A stretch of 64,000 nucleotides of DNA, taken from positions 1 to 64,000 of IMG/VR virus record IMGVR_UViG_3300032157_000005, one strand, 5' to 3'. Shown here in pieces: positions 40,152 through 48,657 of the stretch. The DNA comes from a virus. Each line of letters starts with the position of its first letter. Position 1 is the first letter of the stretch. The notes below the pieces were generated by a model. It saw nothing but the letters and a program-made list of their open reading frames with translations. It did not search any database and was not told the DNA's origin. The translations under genes and the position numbers were made by a program.

Positions 40152-42764
40152 ATGAAGCAGACCACCAGGATCGTCCGGCGACGGGTCACCGAATCGGTGG
40201 CGGTCCGTCGGTCGTTCATGCTGGAAGCGGCGGAACAGTCCCTGAACGACCGAATGCAGGCGGTTCGCCAGGCGGTGAACGCGGCCTACAACGCGGCCCC
40301 CGGTGACTACAGCTACTGTGAAGTCGTCTTCGACACCTACGTGATCGTGTCGAAGGGCGGGAAGCTGTGGCGCATCGACTACACCACCGGGTCCGACGGC
40401 ACGGTGAAGCTGGCCGGCGAACCGGTCCAGGTGCGGGTCACCTACACCCCGGTCAGCGAAGGGGTGATCTTTGGCCTGCTGCCGGACCACGATCCGGCCC
40501 AGGTGAAGGAAGGCGAAGCAGCCCCGAAGCCGAGCGGCAAAAAGTGGGGCGTGCTGATCATCCAGGAAGGGATGAGCAAGAACCGGAACCGTTACGGCCG
40601 GAAGGCCCTGGCGGAAGCGGCCCCCCTGTATGAAGGCGCGAAGATTTACCTGGACCACCAGGAAGAAACGCGGCGGTTCGGCCGGTCCGTGAAGGACCAG
40701 GCCGGGTTCCTGAAGGACGTGCAGGGGTGCCTGCTGGGCCGGGACCTGGCGGGGAAGGAAGCCGAGAACGGCATCTATGCCCTGGCGGCTACGGCCATCG
40801 TCACGAAGCCGGCGGTTCGCCAGGAAATGGTGGACGCCTGGGACGAAGGAAACGCCAATTTCTACGGCCTGTCCCATGATGCCATGTGCGAATCGGTCTG
40901 TTGCAGCGGCGAAGACGGGCGGCCGTTCTACGACGTGACGAAGATCGAAAGCGTGGCCAGTGTGGACTTCGTTTCGAATCCGGCAGCTGGCGGCCGGGTG
41001 CTGCGACTGGTGGCCAGCGACACGGTGCCCCATACACTTGAAAGGGACGGAAACATGCTGACGAAGATGATCGAAGCGATCCGCAAGTCCGGGAACGCGG
41101 CCCTGATCGCCAAGATGGAAGCCTTCGGGAAGACCCCGACGGAAGACCAGATCATGGGTCTGTATCAGGAAGCCCTGGCGGCCCAGGGGAACGCGGCCCC
41201 GGCCGGCGGCGCGGCGGCCCCGGCAGCGGCCGGCGGCGCGGCCCCCCGGCAGGAAGCCGTCCCGGCGGCGACGGGCGCGGCAGCCCCGACCCCGGCGGCA
41301 GCCCCGACCCCGACCCCGGCGGCCGACCCGGCGGCGCGGCCCACCCCGGAAGCGGTCCGGACCCAGGAAGGCCAGCACCTGGTCGAAGCCCTGGCGGAAG
41401 GCCGGAACCTGTTCCTGGAAAACAGCCTGACCGGCTGCAGCCTGCCGGACCCGGTGAAGGCCAAGATCCGGAAGCGGTTCGAAGCAGTGATCGCGGCGGC
41501 GACGACGGTGGCGATGCTGCCGGCGAAGGCCGAGATCACCAGCGCGATCCGTGAGGAAGTGGACCTGTTCGGCCAGCTGGCGGAATCCGGTGTCGTCCAG
41601 CCGGCGGTCGGCCGGCCCCGGATCGAAGTCCTGGCGGGCCGGCGCGACAAGGTGCGCGAAGCCCTGGACGATTTTTTCGGGGTCAGCACCACGACCACGA
41701 AGGTCGGCGGGCGGGACGTGCAGGTCCACAAGGTGGTCGAAGGCAGCCGTGGCGGCATGCGGTCCTTCCGCCAGCTGTATGTCGAAATCACCGGGGACCA
41801 GCAGATCACCGGCCGGGTGTCGGAAGCCACCCGCCTGACGGAATCCCTGGATTCCACGTCGTTCGACCAGATCATGGGTGACAGCATCACCCGCCGGATG
41901 CTGGCCGACTACGCGGTCAGCAGCCAGGCCCAGTGGCGCGGGACCATCGCGGACGTGGTGCCCGTGAACGACTTCCGGGTCCAGCGGCGTATGCGGTTCG
42001 GCGGCTACGGGAACCTGCCGATTGTCGGCCAGGGGGCCCCGTATGCCAGCCTGACCAGCCCGACGGACGAGGAAGCGACCTACAGCCCGGCGAAGCGGGG
42101 CGGGACGGAAGACCTGACCCTGGAAATGATCGCCAACGACGACGTGGGCAGCATCCGGAAGATCCCCCAGCGGCTGGCCCGAGCGGCGGCCCAGACCCTC
42201 TACGAATTCGTGTTCGACTTCCTGCGGACGAACGCGACGATCTACGACGCGGTGGCCCTGGCGGCGGCCGGTCACGGGAACAACATCATTGCCACGGCCC
42301 TGTCGGCCAGCAATCTGTCGTCCGGCCGGCTGAAGATGAAGGCCCAGACGGATATGTCGTCTGGCAAGCGGCTGGGCCTGGCCCCCCGCTACCTGATCGT
42401 GCCGAACGACCTGGAAGAACTGGCGTTCCAGCTGACGACCAGCGACCGGGTGCTGCCGGACACGAACATCACGACGACGGCCCAGCCGGCGGCCCCGTCC
42501 TTCCAGCGGAAGATGAACCTGACCACCATCGTGGTGGACTACTGGACGGACGCGAACGACTACTGGCTGGCATCGTCCCTGGACCAGACGCCCCTGATCG
42601 AAATCGGGTTCTTCGGCGGCCGTGAGGAACCCGAACTGTTCGTCCAGGACATGCCGAACATCGGCAGCATGTTCAACAACGACACCATCACCTACAAGAT
42701 CCGCCACATCTACGGCGGTGGCGTGATGGACTTCCGGGGGTTCGTCGGCGGCATCGTCGCGTAG
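40152..42764 (+). CDS. Prohead protease/scaffold-like domain fused to an HK97-fold major capsid protein
   Basis: Start at Met10 of ORF 40125..42764, with no clear Shine-Dalgarno sequence. N-terminal part has KIYLDHQEE and FYGLSHD blocks (S78-protease-like). Ala/Pro linker at residues 352-410. C-terminal approximately 340 aa is capsid-like. No separate protease gene is present. Confidence 0.75.
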   Translation: MKQTTRIVRRRVTESVAVRRSFMLEAAEQSLNDRMQAVRQAVNAAYNAAPGDYSYCEVVFDTYVIVSKGGKLWRIDYTTGSDGTVKLAGEPVQVRVTYTPVSEGVIFGLLPDHDPAQVKEGEAAPKPSGKKWGVLIIQEGMSKNRNRYGRKALAEAAPLYEGAKIYLDHQEETRRFGRSVKDQAGFLKDVQGCLLGRDLAGKEAENGIYALAATAIVTKPAVRQEMVDAWDEGNANFYGLSHDAMCESVCCSGEDGRPFYDVTKIESVASVDFVSNPAAGGRVLRLVASDTVPHTLERDGNMLTKMIEAIRKSGNAALIAKMEAFGKTPTEDQIMGLYQEALAAQGNAAPAGGAAAPAAAGGAAPRQEAVPAATGAAAPTPAAAPTPTPAADPAARPTPEAVRTQEGQHLVEALAEGRNLFLENSLTGCSLPDPVKAKIRKRFEAVIAAATTVAMLPAKAEITSAIREEVDLFGQLAESGVVQPAVGRPRIEVLAGRRDKVREALDDFFGVSTTTTKVGGRDVQVHKVVEGSRGGMRSFRQLYVEITGDQQITGRVSEATRLTESLDSTSFDQIMGDSITRRMLADYAVSSQAQWRGTIADVVPVNDFRVQRRMRFGGYGNLPIVGQGAPYASLTSPTDEEATYSPAKRGGTEDLTLEMIANDDVGSIRKIPQRLARAAAQTLYEFVFDFLRTNATIYDAVALAAAGHGNNIIATALSASNLSSGRLKMKAQTDMSSGKRLGLAPRYLIVPNDLEELAFQLTTSDRVLPDTNITTTAQPAAPSFQRKMNLTTIVVDYWTDANDYWLASSLDQTPLIEIGFFGGREEPELFVQDMPNIGSMFNNDTITYKIRHIYGGGVMDFRGFVGGIVA

Positions 42765-42795
42765 TTCGCGGCGACCCTGACACCCGAGTAGCAGC

Positions 42796-42819
42796 GGGCC
42801 CGGCCAGGTGGTCGGGCCC
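42796..42819 (+). other. Hairpin after the capsid gene (no T-tract)
   Basis: GGGCCCG, 10-nt loop, CGGGCCC. Confidence 0.4.
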
Positions 42820-42852
42820 ACACCAGAAACCGAGTAACGGAAGGACGAAACC

Positions 42853-43251
42853 ATGCCCCCGAAATTTCGAGCAGCCGTAGCCCGGATCGTGTCCTGGATT
42901 CTGACCAGCTGGACCGTCCACACGGCGGCCACCCCGAACATCAGCACGTTCACCGTCCCCCAGGACGGGTTCATCGTCGGCGGCTGGGCCATGTCCGACG
43001 TGAAGACGGCGATCACCGTCCTGGCCCTGATGGTCGAAAAGAACGGTTCGAACATCCTGACCGGTTCGGGCGTGGACCTGAACGCGGCGGCGGTCCGGAC
43101 CCCGGTGGCCCTGGCGTTCCTGGCGGCGGCCGTGGACGCGAACGGCTGGGTGCCCGTGTCGGCCGGCGACGTGATCACGGTGGACATCGACACCCTGACC
43201 GGCACGAACGCCAGCGGCATCACGGTGCAGCTGGACTTCATCCCGAAGTAG
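42853..43251 (+). CDS. Hypothetical virion protein (decoration candidate)
   Basis: 132 aa, beta-rich. GGAAGGACGAAACC upstream. Flanked by hairpins. Confidence 0.55.
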   Translation: MPPKFRAAVARIVSWILTSWTVHTAATPNISTFTVPQDGFIVGGWAMSDVKTAITVLALMVEKNGSNILTGSGVDLNAAAVRTPVALAFLAAAVDANGWVPVSAGDVITVDIDTLTGTNASGITVQLDFIPK

Positions 43252-43283
43252 TCCAGGGCGACCAGGCGACGGTTCGACATCCA

Positions 43284-43325
43284 GGGCCAGCAGGGCCATC
43301 CCGGCCGGCTGGCCCTTTCGTTTTT
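43284..43325 (+). terminator. Rho-independent terminator
   Basis: GGGCCAGC, 16-nt loop, GCTGGCCC, then TTTCGTTTTT. Confidence 0.7.
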
Positions 43326-43343
43326 CAGGAAGGGACGACACCC

Positions 43344-43646
43344 ATGATCATCGGCGGCAGACCATTCCGTGGGACTCAGGCCGGCGGCGCGACGGACCTG
43401 TATGACGCGGATCCGGCAAACGCGAACGACCGGCTGAAGATCACCGTGCTGGGGGCCCGGCTAGTGCCGGCGGCGGCGGCGGCCACGGCCCAACTGGTGG
43501 ACTCCGACGGCACGGTCCTGGCGGACCTGGCGGCCCCGGCGAACGGGCCGGCGGATGAAGTCACGGTGCCCTTCATCGCGGTGGGGAAGGTCCGCCTGGG
43601 GGCGATCACGGGCGCGGGGTCGGCGGTTACCATCTACGTGCAGTAG
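43344..43646 (+). CDS. Hypothetical small virion protein
   Basis: 100 aa. GGAAGGGACGACACCC upstream. Confidence 0.6.
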   Translation: MIIGGRPFRGTQAGGATDLYDADPANANDRLKITVLGARLVPAAAAATAQLVDSDGTVLADLAAPANGPADEVTVPFIAVGKVRLGAITGAGSAVTIYVQ

Positions 43647-43658
43647 AATCCCCACACC

Positions 43659-44432
43659 ATGAGCCTGACAGCCGGCACCCTGCGGACGAAGGCGAAGCAG
43701 CTGGCCCAGAACGCGGCCCAGACGGGCGGCACCGGCCTGCAGCTGCTGCTGACGGACCCAGGCGACTACGACGAAGCCATCCTGAACGCCCTGGCGATCT
43801 TCGACACCGACAAGCCGAACCGGCGGGTGGTCGATGTCACGGTGGCCACGGCCGGGTTCCGGTTCGTGCTGTTCGGAGCCGGCACGGTGCTGCCGGCAGA
43901 CCCGAGCCTGGACGCATGGGTGGACGGCGGCAGCCAGGTCACCGATGTCTGGTTCCCCTACCTGGTGGACGCCCAGGGCGGCGATCCACTGGACCGGAAC
44001 ACCTGGCGACAGGTCCGGATCCCAGGTCCGAAGGAAGTGCTGGAACTGCTGGCGGACCAGGCGGCGGTCGGCCAGGTTCTGCGGCTGGAATACACCCGGC
44101 CCCACGTCCTGAGCGGCAGCGACGTGGCCGGCACGTCGATCCGGACATCGGACCAGCGGGCGATCATTACCCTGTCGGCCAGCATGATCCTACTGGCGGC
44201 GGCCACGAAGGCGGTGCAGAACACCGGGAACACCGGCCTGCCGAACGACGTGGTGGACCGGCGATCCCAGTCCGACATCTTCAAGTCCCGAGCGAAGGAT
44301 CTACGGGACCTGTATGCCACCCTGGTCGGGTCGGGCGGCGACGACCAGGCGGCGGCCAGCGGGTTCCGGGAACTGGACCCCCCCACGTCCTACGGCACCG
44401 GCCGACTGTGGCACCCGAGCAGCACCCACTGA
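43659..44432 (+). CDS. Hypothetical head-tail connector candidate
   Basis: 257 aa. Call based on position between the capsid and tail genes. Confidence 0.55.
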   Translation: MSLTAGTLRTKAKQLAQNAAQTGGTGLQLLLTDPGDYDEAILNALAIFDTDKPNRRVVDVTVATAGFRFVLFGAGTVLPADPSLDAWVDGGSQVTDVWFPYLVDAQGGDPLDRNTWRQVRIPGPKEVLELLADQAAVGQVLRLEYTRPHVLSGSDVAGTSIRTSDQRAIITLSASMILLAAATKAVQNTGNTGLPNDVVDRRSQSDIFKSRAKDLRDLYATLVGSGGDDQAAASGFRELDPPTSYGTGRLWHPSSTH

Positions 44433-44433
44433 C

Positions 44434-45042
44434 ATGGCGGAAGCGTTCCAGGCCAGCCGGGCGATGGCGGCGGCGGCGGCGAAGCAGGATTACAGCATCG
44501 CCCTGATCCTGCCGAACATTCCCCTGTGGGTCCCCGAAGCATCGAAGGCCCTACTGAACGACCTGATCCTGAGCACCACCCGGCTGGCCCTGCAGACAGC
44601 GGCCGGCTACATCAGCGACGAAGCGGGGAAGTTCAGCGACACGGGGAACCTGGCCCAGTCCTTCGGCGCGGACCCGGCGACGGCGGAAGGCGGGATCGAA
44701 CTGCTGGGGATGGACGCGACGGCCGGGATCAACGGGCGGGTGTTCAGTAGCCTACCCTATGCCATCGTGATGGACCAGGGCCGGCGGCCCGGCAGCCCGA
44801 TCAGCCGGGAAGGGATCGATGCCATCGGGCTGTGGGCCCAGCGGAAGCTGGGGCTGTCGGCTGAGGAAGCGGCCAGCGCGAAGTTCGCCATTGCCACCCA
44901 CCTGGTGGCCCAGGGGTTCCCTGGTTACGGCTATTTCGGGGACGGGGTGAACCGGGCCCGGCCCGACGTGGAACGGATGTTCAAGACCCTCAGCGACGAA
45001 ATCAGCCGGCAGCTGGTGCAGCCGAAGGGCGGGGTGGCGTAA
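44434..45042 (+). CDS. HK97 gp10-like head-tail joining protein (tentative)
   Basis: Start at Met41 of ORF 44314..45042. The DTGNLAQSF block resembles the gp10-family tGxLrxS motif. Confidence 0.45.
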   Translation: MAEAFQASRAMAAAAAKQDYSIALILPNIPLWVPEASKALLNDLILSTTRLALQTAAGYISDEAGKFSDTGNLAQSFGADPATAEGGIELLGMDATAGINGRVFSSLPYAIVMDQGRRPGSPISREGIDAIGLWAQRKLGLSAEEAASAKFAIATHLVAQGFPGYGYFGDGVNRARPDVERMFKTLSDEISRQLVQPKGGVA

Positions 45043-45545
45043 TGGCCTTCACCCCAGCCACCTGCACGGATGCCTTCGCGGCCTACCTGCTGACGGTGCC
45101 CGGCATCAGCGGCGGCGCGGGCCGGGTGCATAAGCGGCGGCGGATCGTCCGAACAGAAGCCGACATCAAGACCCTGCTGGCGAACACGGCCGGCCAGGTG
45201 AATGCCTGGATGATCAGCCCGGCGGCGGCGAACACCACGGTGACCGAACGCGGGCCAGGGTTCGCGGCCATCGGGACGCCCGGCGGCGGGCGGGTCCTGG
45301 TCACGATCCAGTTCGTGGTCGAAGCCTACTTCCAGCTGGATGATGCGGCCGGGTCGGAAGAAACCTTCCGGGATCTGTGCTTCACGGTCAGCAACGGGCT
45401 GAACAAGATCGGGTCCCTGAGCATCGACCGGGTGACCCTGCAGCTGCCGGCGGACATCGAACAGTTCGGGTTCATCATGCTGGCGGGCCTGGGGTTCTAC
45501 CACTACGCCCGGATCGGGGTCGGGTGGCGCGGCCAGACACAGTGA
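45042..45545 (+). CDS. Tail completion/terminator candidate
   Basis: TAATG overlap. 167 aa. Call based on position. Confidence 0.5.
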   Translation: MAFTPATCTDAFAAYLLTVPGISGGAGRVHKRRRIVRTEADIKTLLANTAGQVNAWMISPAAANTTVTERGPGFAAIGTPGGGRVLVTIQFVVEAYFQLDDAAGSEETFRDLCFTVSNGLNKIGSLSIDRVTLQLPADIEQFGFIMLAGLGFYHYARIGVGWRGQTQ

Positions 45546-45585
45546 TGGCGTTCCAGCCGTCCAACTGTGCAGAAGGGAAAAGCCC

Positions 45586-45885
45586 ATGTATTTGATCAAG
45601 CGGACTTCGACGGTGCCGAACAGTCCCCTGCAGGTCCAGGTGGACGGGCCCGACGGAGCGTTCCAGCAGGGCGGCGTTTACTACTTCCAGCCGGCCGGCC
45701 AGGACAACGACCAGCACCAGGTCAGCGAACATGCAGCCCGGATCATCATGGGCGATCCCGGCCTGGCCCAGCATTTCGAGTGCGATCCGGCCCTGCCGGA
45801 CGCGGTGCCCGAGCCGGCGGCGGAAGCCGAGCCCGGCAGCACCACGGCGGCGGACAGCGGCGGACGCGGACGGCGAAGCAGGTAA
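45586..45885 (+). CDS. Hypothetical protein
   Basis: GAAGGGAAAAGCCC upstream. 99 aa. Confidence 0.55.
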   Translation: MYLIKRTSTVPNSPLQVQVDGPDGAFQQGGVYYFQPAGQDNDQHQVSEHAARIIMGDPGLAQHFECDPALPDAVPEPAAEAEPGSTTAADSGGRGRRSR

Positions 45886-45916
45886 GGCGCGGCCGGCACG
45901 GTCCGGCGCGGCAGGT

Positions 45917-45932
45917 GGCGAATCTACGGCTG
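45917..45932 (+). repeat. Copy B of the 16-nt element GGCGAATCTACGGCTG
   Basis: Exact match. CGGCGCGGCAG at 45904-45914. Lies inside the mini-ORF GTG 45915..TGA 45950. Confidence 0.9.
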
Positions 45933-45970
45933 GCCGGGGTGGTCAGCTGACAGCCCGAAACGGAAAAACC

Positions 45971-46023
45971 GGGGGCTGTCGGGTGGATGGGATGGTCCGT
46001 CCAAGCCCGGCAGCCCCCTTTTT
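45971..46023 (+). terminator. Rho-independent terminator upstream of the tail-tube gene
   Basis: GGGGGCTGTCGGG, 22-nt loop, CCCGGCAGCCCCC (13 bp, one G-U pair), then TTTTT. Preceded by CGAAACGGAAAAACC. Confidence 0.8.
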
Positions 46024-46065
46024 CGTGGCCAGACAGGGCCCGAGCGGCCCAGGGGGACGTGAGAC

Positions 46066-47235
46066 ATGGCAATCGAAACAGGAGCCCTGGAACAGGCATA
46101 CGCCAAGCTGGAAACGGCCTTCGCGGTGGTGCCGGCGGACGCCCTGGGCGCGACGGACGCGATCCGGCACGATGAACTGAGCCTGACCGGGAAGATGAAC
46201 CGGGAGATGTCCAAGCAGAAGCGGGGCACCCCGGACGTGGCGAACAGCCTGCCCCGTCGGTTTTCGGCCGGGTTCAACCTGTCCAGTATCCTGTGGGAAC
46301 CCACCGGCAGCCTGGGCACGGCGTCCGATGTCGGGAAGCTGATCAAGGGGGCGATGGGGGCCCAGCATGCCATCGTCGGCGGCCTGGTGACCACCGTGGC
46401 GGCGATGCCGGCGGCGACGGCGACCGGCTGCACCCTGACCAGCGCGACGGGCCTGCAGGTCGGGGACCTGATCGTGTTCACCACGGGCGCGGGCGCGAAG
46501 CGGGAAGTGACGCGGGTGAAGTCGGTGGCCGGCGCGGCGATCACCTACGATGCCCTGACGGCAGCCCCCGACACCCCCGGCGCGGCGGTGGCAAACATCA
46601 GCTACAGCCTGGCGAACGCCCTGGCGGACAGCTTCGCCATCTACAAGTATTACAACGCGGGCAACTTCAAACAGGCCGTCTATGGGGCCGTCATGGACCA
46701 GATGGTGGTGTCCTTCGACGGCACGAAGGAAGTGGGCCTGTCGTTCCAGGGACCTGCGGCGAACTACGCGGACGGTTCGACCGGTGGCGGCACCGTCCAG
46801 GCGAAGCCGGGGGCCCACACCACGGTCGGCAGCCCGGTCGGCGGCATGGTCGGCAACTTCCACGTGGACGGGAACGTGTTCCTGGTGATCGGGGCGAAGT
46901 TCACCCTGGCGAACCAGATCGAACTGCGGAACAAGGAACTGGGCACGGCCTTCGCCAGCGGGGTGGCGGGCCGGACCCAGGACCGGAAGATCAACGTGTC
47001 CCTGCAGTGCTACCTGGAAGACACCCGGCTGATGGGCATGGCCCGGACGGTGACCCGTGGCGTGCTGCGGTGCGTCGTCAACAACGTGAACGCGGGCATG
47101 CTGGGCGCGGTGGCCCCGTCGGTCGAATTCGAAATCCCCGACGTGGGCAACGAAATCGGCCCGAAGGAAGTGACCATCGAAGGGGTCTGTTACGCCACGA
47201 ACGGGAACGACGGCCTGTTCCTGGGCGAAATCTAG
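46066..47235 (+). CDS. Major tail (tube) protein candidate
   Basis: AGGGGGACGTGAGAC upstream. 389 aa. Directly upstream of the frameshifted chaperone pair and tape measure. Bracketed by terminators. Confidence 0.65.
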   Translation: MAIETGALEQAYAKLETAFAVVPADALGATDAIRHDELSLTGKMNREMSKQKRGTPDVANSLPRRFSAGFNLSSILWEPTGSLGTASDVGKLIKGAMGAQHAIVGGLVTTVAAMPAATATGCTLTSATGLQVGDLIVFTTGAGAKREVTRVKSVAGAAITYDALTAAPDTPGAAVANISYSLANALADSFAIYKYYNAGNFKQAVYGAVMDQMVVSFDGTKEVGLSFQGPAANYADGSTGGGTVQAKPGAHTTVGSPVGGMVGNFHVDGNVFLVIGAKFTLANQIELRNKELGTAFASGVAGRTQDRKINVSLQCYLEDTRLMGMARTVTRGVLRCVVNNVNAGMLGAVAPSVEFEIPDVGNEIGPKEVTIEGVCYATNGNDGLFLGEI

Positions 47236-47257
47236 ACGCCCCGAGCGACGACCGAAC

Positions 47258-47289
47258 GGCCGGCTGGGATGGTCCTGGCCGGCCTTTTT
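47258..47289 (+). terminator. Rho-independent terminator
   Basis: GGCCGGC(T), loop GGGATGGTCCT, (G)GCCGGCC, then TTTTT. Confidence 0.75.
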
Positions 47290-47308
47290 ACGAAAGGGAA
47301 AAACCCGT

Positions 47309-47914
47309 ATGGCGTTCGATATCCCCTACCACCGGCATCCTGGGTTCCGGCCGATCAACGACCTGGTGCCCGGCAACGACAATGCCGACAACCCCGTGGA
47401 ATTCGACCTGGCCCCGGCCTGGGGTGCGGACCTGGCCCGGATCAAGTCCATCGTTCTGGCATCCCTGGGGCTGACCCAGACCAGCGACTGGTCCCCTGAA
47501 ATCCAGGCGGCGGTGATCGCGGCCTTCGACAGCGGCGCGAAGGCATTCGTGAACACCGTGGAAGCCATTCGCGGCCTGACGATCCCGGCGGTAATGGCGG
47601 TGCGGGCCGGCCTACTGGTCGAAGTCCCGAAGGTGCCGGGCACCCTGACCCCTGACCCTGGGGCGAAGGTGCCGGTGACCACCGGCCTGGCCTTCAGCCT
47701 GATCTGCGGCGCGGTGCCGGCGATGGCCCTGCACGTGGCCACGAAGATCGCGGAGATCAGCCAGAAGACCGAAGTGGATCCCCGTTTTTTCGTGCAGCCT
47801 TCTGGTTCTGGTGGAACCGTGACGCGGGACACCCCAGCTACGACTGCCGGCAGTGCCCCGGCCACGTCCAGAAGGCGCGGAACTGCGGGCAAGCGTTCAC
47901 GGCGGACGAAGTAG
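47309..47914 (+). CDS. Tail assembly chaperone (G-like, zero-frame product)
   Basis: AAAGGGAAAAACCCGT upstream. Position between tube and tape measure. Poor codons after residue 161. Confidence 0.7.
   Translation: MAFDIPYHRHPGFRPINDLVPGNDNADNPVEFDLAPAWGADLARIKSIVLASLGLTQTSDWSPEIQAAVIAAFDSGAKAFVNTVEAIRGLTIPAVMAVRAGLLVEVPKVPGTLTPDPGAKVPVTTGLAFSLICGAVPAMALHVATKIAEISQKTEVDPRFFVQPSGSGGTVTRDTPATTAGSAPATSRRRGTAGKRSRRTK
47785..47791 (+). promoter_or_regulatory. Slippery heptamer T TTT TTC for a programmed -1 frameshift
   Basis: Zero frame reads CGT TTT TTC (R159 F160 F161). The -1 frame is open from 47791 to 48375 with preferred codons and has no start codon before 47944. Confidence 0.7.
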
Positions 47915-48375
47915 ACCCAGGGGGAAAGCAGCACCCCTGGCACGTGCCCCAGCAGCCGGTCGAAGTGCAGAAGCTGGTGCAGGGCGGGAAGGTGCTGAAG
48001 TCGGTGGACCGGTTGGGCGGGGTCTTCCGGCCGGTGGTCGGGAAGGGGCAGCGGCCGGCCTACACGTGCGGGCCGAAGGTGGACGGGAAGGCGGCGGCCG
48101 ACCCGGACCAGCTGCTGCTGTTCCAGTGCCCGGTCAGCGCGATCCCCGGTGAAGTCTTCGACCTGCTGGCCCTGTGGTGGTCCTGTCGCATGACGGGGCT
48201 GCCCCCGGTGGCCGGCGGGTTCCTGGCCCAGCCGGAAATCGTCCGGCGGACGTTTCCGATCTTCGAAGCCCTGATGCGGGGGGTGGAAACGAGCCGGCAG
48301 GCGAACGGCCCCCACCAGGCGGCGGGCCTGGCGGTGGCGGCCATGACGAAGGTGCTGATGGGGGGCGGACGGTGA
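47791..48375 (+). CDS. Minus-one-frame extension of the chaperone (GT-like fusion product, about 355 aa with 47309-47791)
   Basis: 51 stop-free codons link the slippery site to ORF 47944..48375. Encodes YDCRQCPGHVQKARNCGQAF and onward. Confidence 0.65.
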   Translation, partial: RAAFWFWWNRDAGHPSYDCRQCPGHVQKARNCGQAFTADEVDPGGKQHPWHVPQQPVEVQKLVQGGKVLKSVDRLGGVFRPVVGKGQRPAYTCGPKVDGKAAADPDQLLLFQCPVSAIPGEVFDLLALWWSCRMTGLPPVAGGFLAQPEIVRRTFPIFEALMRGVETSRQANGPHQAAGLAVAAMTKVLMGGGR

Positions 48376-48647
48376 CCGAACGGTGGCAGGTCTGGGTGGC
48401 CAGGCAGGTCCTGGCCAGGAACAAGCGGGACGGGAAGACTGACCCCCCGATCATCGTCCGGGACCGGCGGGCCGAGCCGGGCCACGAATGGTTCATGGCC
48501 CAGGCGGTTCACTTCGAAGGGGGCTGGCTGCTGCATCACCAGGCATCCGGCGGGGTGTTCTTCCTGACCGACGGGCCGGTGCATTTCGACGGCCTGAAGC
48601 CGGGGATCGATCCGGACGCGACGAAGCCCGACCTGCTGACCGACTGA
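48372..48647 (+). CDS. Hypothetical small protein
   Basis: GTGA overlap. 91 aa. Confidence 0.5.
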   Translation: MTERWQVWVARQVLARNKRDGKTDPPIIVRDRRAEPGHEWFMAQAVHFEGGWLLHHQASGGVFFLTDGPVHFDGLKPGIDPDATKPDLLTD

Positions 48648-48657
48648 GGAACCAACG

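Noticed and set aside
40047-43280. Very long minus-strand ORFs: 40047-43280 (1077 aa), 60090-63971 (1293 aa), 33566-35752 (728 aa), 24100-25818, 53029-54714 and others.
   Set aside because: They mirror well-supported + strand genes. They are Arg/Pro/Gly/His-rich low-complexity translations and lack ribosome-binding sites or recognisable motifs. They are the expected stop-poor antisense frames of a high-GC sequence.
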